64,000 bases of DNA from contig OZ286469.1 in the NCBI GenBank assembly GCA_965644265.1, positions 39,804,001-39,868,000 on the forward strand, written 5' to 3'. Position numbers and translations under genes: made by a program. Below, piece after piece: positions 52,701-63,814 of the stretch (within the stretch, counting starts at the first letter, position 1; each line of letters opens with the position of its first letter). The notes under the pieces were generated by a model. It ran no database searches and was not told the origin of the DNA. It saw only the letters and a program-made list of their open reading frames with translations. The stretch comes from Glycera tridactyla (lineage: Eukaryota).

Positions 52701-55700
52701 AGGCTTCTGGCATACTGGACTGGGCTGAGGCTGCTATCAATGCCCTAACTCGACAATGTCTGCGATCATTGGCTACAGACACCAATCACTGGGTAGCAGA
52801 TGATGATGGAAATGTGGGGCCACCGAACGACATCACAGAACAACTCTGTGACAATGACTGCAGTGGTCATGGAACATGCACAGGTAAGATTCAAGACAAG
52901 AATGTGAGCAATCATCACCATTCAACTAATGAGATCGACTTATTTCTCTTGCTACTTCTGAAGGCGATGTTGGTGGCCATAGCATTGTTGTCCTTGAATT
53001 GCATTGAACATCATATTTCATGCTTCGGTGGACAGTGGAACATAAACACGAGACAAATAAACAACAACAGATATACAAGTACGGAAAGAAAAAATTCAAG
53101 ACAAATCAGTTCAGTCGGCCACTGATAGGACTATACAAGATTATATATACCAAGAATAGTATTGCATCGATCATTATCAACTCTGACGAGCCAGGCGTGA
53201 TGCAAGGCCCGTGTATGTTTGCCTAGCGAGTTAACATAGGTTGGAGAAATAGAGTATTCAGAGCCACCATAGCCTCTGTAGCCATTATTCAGATGGTGCA
53301 ACAGGGAGCTCACGATTATGAATATGATCTTCATGATGCCGGAGTTGCTTGCTTGTAGTTGCTGATGCTGATGCTGTTGCTGAGGATGAGGATGAGAAGA
53401 ATGAGGATGATCATGATGTTGATCTCCTAGATGATAAAGATTTTGATTACTGTGATAATGTTTGCAGGTGGTACATGTATCTGTGATGAAGGCTGGATGC
53501 TGGGAGACTGTAGCCAAGAAACGAGTACTCCTCCAACCATCCCTGGCACTCCTCAGCACGTCACCTGTGATGAATCATGTGACTCAGTTGTAATCAATGG
53601 GGATAACTTCGCCAACCTGGGAACCCTTACCTGTCAGTTCACCACCATCACGGTATGTGCGATTAGTAGATCTTGAACTGATGATTCTCTGATTGTTTGC
53701 ATGCTCTAGAGTAGAATTAAACTTCTATCGCATAAACCATGAGAGAGTGATCCACTTTCCTTTCTCAGCCTAAGAAAGCAAACATTAGTACTATGATTGA
53801 AGTGTTTTGATGTCATTGGAGTTATTCATAAGAGAATAATGTCAAGCAGTACTTCAATGAGTTCTTCCTAAATGTCAGAAGTCCTCATGAGATCATGGCG
53901 GTTCGAATAATTATATTCATGGCTTTCACCTGAGATCTGACTCTTCACATTTTGATTTTTTTTTAGGTCACCACAACATCGTGGGTGGTCACAGCCGATA
54001 TTGTAACATCAACCGCAACATACCTTAGTGTTAGTCAGGTGATTTGCACATTGCCTGACCCAACCCACAGCTATGAGATCAAGATTGCGAATGATGGTGT
54101 GACTTTCACCGATACTCCGATCCGGGTCTTTGTCATCGACACAGACTGCCTCATGTGTGACTATGAAGATGGAACATGCATGCCAGCAGTAAGTGTACTT
54201 TCTTTGCGGAGATACCGGTTGTGTTAGTATTTGAATTTCATATATTGGTGAGCCTCATGTCCCTAAATGATTCAGGTGGATCAGTCATCAAATGATAATC
54301 TATGATTGTGATTCTTGCTATTAGACAAAAAACATCTTGTGTTCTAGCTTCGGAGCCCATGATGCTGGCTGAAAACATTACTCAGAAGCATCTACACATA
54401 ATTTTGAGTACCTCTTGTATGTTCGACTACCAGAGTTCCTAGCATTTGCAAACCCTGTCTGTCTTCTAAGGAGCATCAGTCTGCCCAGGATTCCAGTCTC
54501 ATACTATACTAGACATTCAGCTAATGTCCATGTCCCGATGTTCGCTGATAGCAGTATTCTAATGTATTCGAACGAAACAAAGACAAGCTGATTTTTATCC
54601 AGTCTGACATTACTGTGGTCGTCTATTTTGATTGTAGACTTCTTTTCTGAAACTTCATATTGAAAGACAAATCTGTAAGAAAGAGTATATCAATCCATCA
54701 AAATGGTTGATAGCATCCAAGGTGAAATGACATACATAGCATGCTCCTATCTTTGTATGCAAGGACACTACTAGATGTGTGAAAAACATACAGAGATTCT
54801 TCAATATGGCATATTATACCCACTGTTAAAATAGAATATCTAACTATTCCTGTGGGAATAACTTGATGCTATGCACATTTTGAAAGCTCTGGTCACGTGC
54901 AATGAATTACTGATTGCATCTGTTTTTATGTGATGTCATACAAGTCCCATTGTGTCATTTAGAACCAGGGTGTCCCTTCAATCCTCACATTATCAGCATG
55001 AATTTTTGTTAATGATTATATCCGCCACCTAAGAGCTGTTGTCTCACTTGATTGAGCTACCTTTCATCCCAACAACGTTCTTCCGCAGGTTGGCGTGTGT
55101 CTGATCGATGGTGTGTGTTATAATGATGGAGACAGGAATCCAGATAATGAGGCTGAAATCTGCAGTTATGATGATGATCCTATTGCATGGACTATCGATG
55201 GTGAGTTGTCAAGATTTCAAAGAGGATAAAACCTGCCTGTCCATCCTTCCATCCATATATATACATATGCCGTTTTTATACTGTCCTTGTGTCTCCCTCC
55301 TTCTTAGTTACTTTTCTATCCCTCTCCCCATCCATCAAGTAATCCTCTCTCTATCCATCAATCCATCTATCCATTTATCCATCCATGCATTAGTCTCTCT
55401 CAATCACTCTCTTGGCATTTTCCTCAATTCTCATACCCTATCCTCTTTTTTCTGGCTATTCTCTCAACCTCCTTATTTCTATATCACTCGCCTGTCCATT
55501 GTTCCGCATTGATGCCTGTGATCTTGATAGTGTGATGGAGCTTCTGTCTCCAAAGTTTTCCTGATTGTAAGCTACACCTTCGCTTGTCTAGCATGCGAGT
55601 GAATTTGAACTATTCTAGATAACTGTTTGATAGGTGTAAAAGATACCGTGCCAAATTATTTTAATGCAGTGCTCCATGTGTGTTTGAGAAACTAATCATT

Positions 55701-58700
55701 TCCATGTATGAATCTCCCCTTGCAGACCAGCCTGTGTTGTATCTGCCACTCACCTCCTGTGCAGCTGATATTGACTTCTCCATCTTCGAACAAGTGACCT
55801 CTTCGGATGAACTCACCTATATGGATGCACCAAATGACATGATGGGTGGTGCTGCAGTGTTCGCTGCTTCAGAGATGAGGTCTCTTACTGTCACCAGTTC
55901 TGCCACCCTGGATACTTCCACTTCAATCACTATTCTTGCCCATATTTATGTTGAGGGTAATGGAACTATCCTCAACTATGGAACGGATGCGGGTGTGGGC
56001 TTGGCAGTGAAGACCAATGCTGATGGCACCATGGTGCTTCAGTTCAACACCATCCATGTCGCAGATGACTTTTTCCAGGCTACAGTGGAGTACAGCAACT
56101 TACCTCTTCAACAGTGGCTGTATGTTGCAGCAGTGTATGACTACAACACTGGTGTCGTGAGTGTGTCAGTGGACGGAGTGGCAGGAGAAAGTTATACTTA
56201 TAATCCTATCATTCTGCTACGCACACAGCATGATCTCCACCTAGGTGGTATTGAAGCAGACTGGTTCTCAGGATCTCTGTCATGTGTCAGGATATACAAC
56301 CGACCACTATCAACTGCAGAGATCAGTGATTGGGCCATCTGCCCTCTTGGTAAGCTTCATGTATCTTTCATAGTATCTTTCACTGAATTTAGAATCTGTC
56401 TCAATCAGTATTTGCTCGTTAAAGTTGATGTATTGTGTATTGATTTTTATTTGTATGATCCATTTCTTAAGGGGTAATCCCCTGACAAAGTTGACTTGAA
56501 GCTAGTGTTTGCCAGCTCTCTGTAATGAAACTGGAATTGCCAAGGATTTCGAACTTTTTTCAAAAAGAATACTTTATAAAGATCCGTTTACCTAACTTTG
56601 TTCATCAGACTGAACTTCTCGCATATTTATAAGTTTGAAAACCATAGGCATGAATATCTCCTATAGTTAATCTGAACTGAGAATCTGATTAACTTGAACA
56701 CAGCCATATTGACAATATCATCTTCAGTGTATAAAGTATTTTGCTTATTTTTTGTGGGGAACATATCTCCCTTTTCGGCATTGATAGGCAAATACAAACT
56801 TTTCGCTGATGCTTCATCATTCCATCTGATACGCTCTCTTGCAGGTCTGCCAGATGGTCCAGGGCGTGATAGAGGTGAGTTGAATATGAGTCATAACAAT
56901 TTAAAATTTGATCTATAACTAATTCTTATCCAACTACCTATCCAGCCACTCGGTCATCCAGTGATATAACCATCCATCTGCCGACTCTTCAAGTCCATCC
57001 ATTCTTTCATTCACACATCCCTCCAGCCATTCACCTATCAATCTATCCATCCATCCATCCATCTATTCATCCATCCATGACAAAGCACATCAGTTCAAAC
57101 ATTTTATCCTATCACATATTCAATGAGATCCCCTGCTACGCCCAATATATAGGTGTCACATTTTTGCACCATTTTGATGTTGCAACCTTAACTTTGTACA
57201 TCCGACAGGTGATACCTTGCAATCTCTGATATACCATGTGTATTGAAATACTTTTGAAAACTTTTGTAATTTACCTTCCCGAACCTTGCTTTCAGTATAT
57301 CCCATGGTGGATGCAGTTCCCACCGTAACACTGGAAATCATTGATGTGGAAAATTCAACTGATATGTCATGGCAGCTGAGATGCGCCAGTCCAACTGTGG
57401 ACGATGGCATGATTATGTATGAAGCCACCTGGTATGTGGCAGGATATGCATTTACAGAGTCCTTCTCTTATAATGGGACCGAAGTGGCTCAAGTGACCAG
57501 CTACCTCACCCCAGGAATGCTGGATTTGAACAACATTACCTACATCCCAGAGGTAAGTTCTCAACAAGTATTGGCTCATTGTTAAACACAGTCATGGAAT
57601 TTTCAACTGCAGTCTCATGGGTTCGAAGAATACAATGTAATGTGGTGAGTATACTTCAACCCTTGAGACTTCAACCTCAAGTCGCTTGTTTCAGCCTGGG
57701 ACTTTGACTTTCTTACCATCTCAATCCCTTTATAGTTGTAGTAATCACTAGATAGAAAATCATCTTGACCCCGAAGCCTGAGTCAGCTTGGGGATTTTTT
57801 GTGTGTATGGTGGTGTTTCCCTCTATGATGAAGAACATATTGGAATATTTAAAAAGATTAATGTGAATTTCCTTCATGGTAGGCGTTCAGCTAGTGAAGA
57901 TCATACAGTACAAAGCGATCAGTCAATCATGACAAGTACATTTAATTGCAGATCGTGTGCGAGGTGAGCACATGTTATGCTGATGACTGTGCTGTTATGT
58001 GCCCCCTGCAGAGTGAGCCGTACATACCCTCTGTTCAGGTTAGTAACGACTATTGACATGCCTTTCTGAAATAGCTTTCTCTTGTGGATGACAACTATAA
58101 TGTTGATGATATTCAGATCACTCTCATCATAAATTATTTCTGTGACATTCTAACCAGAACTTGGGACTTGGTCGCAATCTTGAATACAGTCCATCCATAT
58201 GCATTTGTTGCTTGCGTACAACATGCAAAGTGGAGCCAAGATAGTGGTCTCTTCAACTCGAAAGCTATCCATGATACTTTTTATTAGAGAATATCCTATT
58301 ATGCATGTTGGACCAGAATTGTTGCATAACATACAATCTATTTCAAGGAAAACGCATGCAAATATCTAGAACATAGTCTAGCATGACAAAAAGGAAATCA
58401 GATACGGAATAGTGTGAATGTGGTCGGAATGGTGTATGGGTGCATGATGAGAATGATGATGTTGTATTGTTCTACGAAGTGTTATTCTTTATTTGCTCCA
58501 TCAGGTGACAACAGTTGGTCCGCTGACAACTACAGAAGGTGGGGAGCCTGCATACGTGGAAATACACACTTCTCTATCTCCAGAGTACTTCTGTATGAAT
58601 AGAACCTTGGAAGATGGTCGCACTGTCTGTGAGATTTCCGTCTGGGCCTACATTGAACTCACTGATGATGAGCTCAAGTGTTACGACACCGGTGTCCCTG

Positions 58701-61700
58701 TATCACAGGCAGTCGTTGGTTGGATTACTGACTACCCAGATGATGTCCGCGAGGACTGTGGCATCCGCATTACCATCACTAACTGGATGCAGACACTCCG
58801 CATCCCCATCTATGCCATGATTGATGGAGTTGTGGATGGCACACAAACACGTACTACACACGTCCATCATCAAGTGGAATATTTCAACACCCACGTCTTT
58901 GATATGGAACTCACTAGCATTGATGTAAGAATATTGTGGGCATGTGTGGTAGCAAGTTCATTATTCGGACACGTACACTATTCTTTGGAAATGACACAGA
59001 AGAAAAAGGCTTGTGACTGCGATTGTGGTTCTGATTGTGCTGTATGGCAATGATGTTGGAAGCAGTCAACATAGAGATGGGAGCAATATATCTTCCAGGG
59101 GGAGGGGAGAGAGAAAAGAGTCCCTCGACCTGTGTGTGCAGTCAGGGCCACCACTCACAATATCATGTCAGACTCAAACAGTAGAGGGCGTTCTACCATG
59201 TTAGAAAAAAAGAGTATCTTGTACGAAAGAATCCAGGTTAATCAATATATGGATTGAAGTGAGCTTCTGCTCATTCAGTACATCTGTCATATAAGCTGAA
59301 AGCTGAAAAACATTCCAAAACTGACTGGGTTTTTTGAAATTCATGGCCGTCTTCTGGTTACGCTATCAATTTCTGTACCGCATAGATTGTGGTACATCCA
59401 CAAGTAGACAACTTCTTTTATTTGAGGTTGATTCTATCAGACTCACATGTTTACCTCAGCAAAGCCTGCTGATATTCATGCAGGACCTGGTGAAAATTAT
59501 AATGATGTACTTTCCAATGTAGCAAGTGGATAATTGCTGTATTTGTGATGATGAAGAAGTAGGTGTGATGATGAGTGTTCTTGTTTGATAAATTGTGGTG
59601 AGTACTAAATTTGCTCAACATTGCTTCTCACTTGTTTTTCAGTTGAACATCGAGGATGTGAACAACGATGTGGAGTGTCATGCTACAGGAGACCCACACT
59701 ACATCACTTATGATAAGTAGTAAGTATTCGCCAGTACGTATGATAAACTTGATAGAGTGTCTCGTGGACGTCCTCGAGTTCCTATTTGGATTGCAAGTTT
59801 ACTTGATGGGCAAAAGAAAGTTGGGTACAGGATACAGGATTGAATTGGTTTCCAGACTAAATCATAATGATATACCTGATGTCCTTGAATATTGGAACCA
59901 TAATTGTCAGGGGCAAATAATGTAATGGAGAAATGATGATATTTAGCTCATATTATGGGACAATTGGAACGGAACAAATGAAGACTATCTATTCAACTTT
60001 TGACAAGGGAGATCCATATCAGGATGTTCTTCTTGTGGTGTACGAGCTAGTAATGTGTATGAAATACCTGGTAGTAGAGAGCGTGATTTTCTTATCCTTT
60101 TACGCTCGTCTCCTGAAACACATTGTGGACAGGTTTGATTCAATGTACTATTTTCTTTTGCTTTCAGTGAGTTCGACAATTACTTCGAGGGAGAGTTTAT
60201 ACTCTATAGACACACATCACTGCCATACGAGGTATGTCTCAGGAGAATTCCAAACTCATTTTGCTCCGATCTGTTTGTTGCAATCAGTATCATAATCAAC
60301 AATAATCATCATGATGAGAAATACCCCATCATAACAGCAATACCAATGCAAGTGAATATCAAATCATTTGAAATGACCAAGTTCATGATTCTTCACATAT
60401 GCGATCAAAGCGCAGCAGTTTATCGTCGTTAACCTCACTAGGGAAAACCTCCAAAGGTCGAGAGGGGTGTTTATAGAATCAGTTATTAAGATGCAGCTTA
60501 TCCATATTGATTGCCATTGTGATACGAGTGCTGATACACACATTAAGGGATCATCAATCATATCCACCTATATTCTTTGTTTTTCAGGCACGCACATTCC
60601 TGCAGAAGTGCTATAACACAGTGGCCTGTACGTGTGCAGTAGCTGCTCGCTCTGGGGATGATGTCATCCTCTTTGATACCTGCAACAATGGTGGCACCAT
60701 TGCTGTCAAGATCTATGCACATGGTGACCTCACTGCTGGAACACAGCTCCTACAATATAATGGTGGATCCAAGTACCAGGTGAGCATCCTATCAAAAGAA
60801 TTATCATCATTGCACATATTCTAGAGGGTGACATCTCATATAGGATGTGTATCCGTTGTTGCTTCAAAATGATATTGATAGAAATAATGCTGATGAAAGT
60901 CATATCCATGATAATGATCATGATAAAGACAATAATCTTACCAACAGTGAGAATAGTATTGATTGAACATTATCATCTTTTTTGATATCATCTTTCTCAT
61001 TATCTACTCTAGATCACCACAACTACTTCGATATCAATTTATCCGATCATTGCCATTATCATCGTGATCTTTATTAGTATGACTTTTGTCATTGTTATCA
61101 TCACTATACATAATATAATTTTCATCACTTCACTTTTTATGTGCCTCAACTGACTCTCACTATATTGTAATTGCTCTATTTCTCTGCACTAGGTTGTCTA
61201 TCCAAGTGGTGGAATATTGACAGTAGAATGGGGCTTTGATATCTACATGAATGTGTACTTCCAACCATCAGCTATGGACTATGGGAATACAGAGGGTCTA
61301 TGTGGTACTTATGATGGAGTGGCAGAGAATGAGTACACCGCCAGTGATGGCAACATCGATCCAACGACTGATCGTCATCCAGATACATTCATCCTCAGCT
61401 GGAGGTAGGTGATATACTATGAGTAATCGACTCTAGTCCAAGTGGGAGTGATGTGAGAGACTGGGCGGTGTTTTCGATAATGGTCTTGCAACTCATACAT
61501 CACAATGGCCCATGCCAAACTTTGGTTACCTCGTGCTTAGTAGGAGCAGATTGTGGCTGATATTTTCCCTGTGCATTGCTGCCAAATTTCTGGGGTACTC
61601 TATGGTGTATGTGGACGAAGATGATTACTGGTTGTTGATGAGTTTGGTTGATTGGTTCCTTGTTTCTAATGGCATTGGCGCAACCCCGGCTATTTTGATA

Positions 61701-63743
61701 TACTCATGCAATGGGCATAAGTTGGATCATCCAGTATTCCTCGTGAATGAAGAAAGCATGCTGAAGATTTACAAGATCAACAGACACAATTCAGTTGTTT
61801 AGCATGAGTCATCTGGAGATTTCCTGCTAGGCATCCAGGAACTTTGCTAGAATTACATATCATAAATTGCTGAGACATGACATTATGATCACGATATTCT
61901 ATGTTACAGAGTGGAAGATCCTGATCTGTCCATTTATAATGGTTACTGTGGTGATGGAGCTGGCAGTATGACTTTCGACGGAGAGTACTGTGACTGCCAG
62001 TGGATGGGTTCGGCCAACTGTGGTGGAGCCTTCAATCTCGTCCAGTGCTCGCTCTCGACCATCACTGCTGGTGCACTCGATGTCACTGAATCCTTCTTTG
62101 CCATGGCTATCACTCCTGATGAATGCGATGATGAAATATTCGAAGCTGATCTCAACTTTGCTCCTGTAAGTATCGAAAAGTAATATTTATGTATTGTGTA
62201 TGATTGACAGTCTGTATCCATAATTTACAATGTACACTGACGGAGCTAAATAAAGAAAGATAGATACATACAAGTTTCAACCAGTGGGTTGATCAATTCT
62301 ATCATTAGGGTATTGAAGTTTACAAGAATTTATTCACATAGCAGCTGAATAGGAATAATTCATAGTGCTGCGTGACTTCAAGAATATTTTGTTTCAGTTG
62401 TATCATGTTTGTCTGCTTCATCCAGGATGGTGAAATCAATGGTGTCGTGACAGAGGTAGAGGCTGTGGAAGCATGTACGACCATGATCCAGGCATCAGCA
62501 ACAGTTACAGCTTGCTCTGCAACAATCACACTAGACATTGAGGCTCAAATCTCAAGCTGTGCTATTGACTACCAGGTAAGATATATGGATTGATCATCAT
62601 TGCCATTATCACACCCATAATCCTGTTCATGACATCATTCTCTATTTTACTTGAGAGAATGAACAGTGATGAAAAATTGCAGATTATTTTTAATAGTTCC
62701 ATCTTGTGTGAGGGTGGTCTGGAGCCAAGAGCCTGTCGTGATCACATGTTTTTGTATAGATATATGTGCATTTCAACTAATCTGGGGCAAGATTTTGGCC
62801 TTGCTTCTCTTTCACAAGCCAATCATATCCTGCTCATTCCCACAGAAAATTGTTCTTAGCCTTTTTCTGGCCCAACGCCTGACTATCCTATCAGGACGAT
62901 CCTATATGTCCAGTGACATGTCTATGTCTCGTGAAGGATCTATTCAGTCTTCTCAGCCAAATTCTCCGTTGTTTTTCAAATTGATAGTATCGCTGATGTG
63001 GAGACAGATTTTCTAAGAGAAATGATATGTGGTGAATTGAAATACTATGTGGCTGAATTCGATTAAGACCAGGAGGAGTACCTTACAACAATCATATGAC
63101 TAATTGTATTGTATTGCTGTGTTTCTGACAGGCTTCTGGCATACTGGACTGGGCTGAGGCTGCTATCAATGCTCTAACTCGACAATGTCTGCGATCACTG
63201 GCGACAGACACCAATCATTGGGTGGCAGATGATGATGGAAATGTGGGGCCGCCGAATGACATCACAGAACAACTATGTGACAATGACTGCAGTGGGCATG
63301 GTACATGCACAGGTAAGTCTCACTAATTTACATCATCCAATTGCTGCACTTCATAATAACATAACCCTCACGTTTTGTATGATTATGATTGCTGTTGATG
63401 GCACATACTTCTTGCTATCTATTATCATGTTAATGATGAGTGATTTATTGATTGATTGATTGACCAATTGTTTGTTTGATTGATTGAATGATTGATGATA
63501 GTGGTGGCTGTGATGGATCTGCAGTTAGTGGTGGTTGTGATACTTCTTGCTATCTGTTATGATGTTAATGATGATTGATTGATTGATCGACTGATAGATT
63601 GATTGATTGATTGATTGATCAATTGATTGGTGATAGTGGTAGCCATGGTGGACCGGCATTTACTGGTGAATGTGAGGCCAGTTGCAATGGGAGTGACATT
63701 AGAGGTGGTGTTGATGCTGGTGTTGCTGGTGATGCTGGTGATG

Positions 63744-63814
<71 letters not shown>

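Larger units (their letters stand above)
47639..58038 (+). repeat. Tandem module 5 (15 exons, 3069 nt CDS)
   Basis: Exon classes A-O. Confidence 0.85.
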
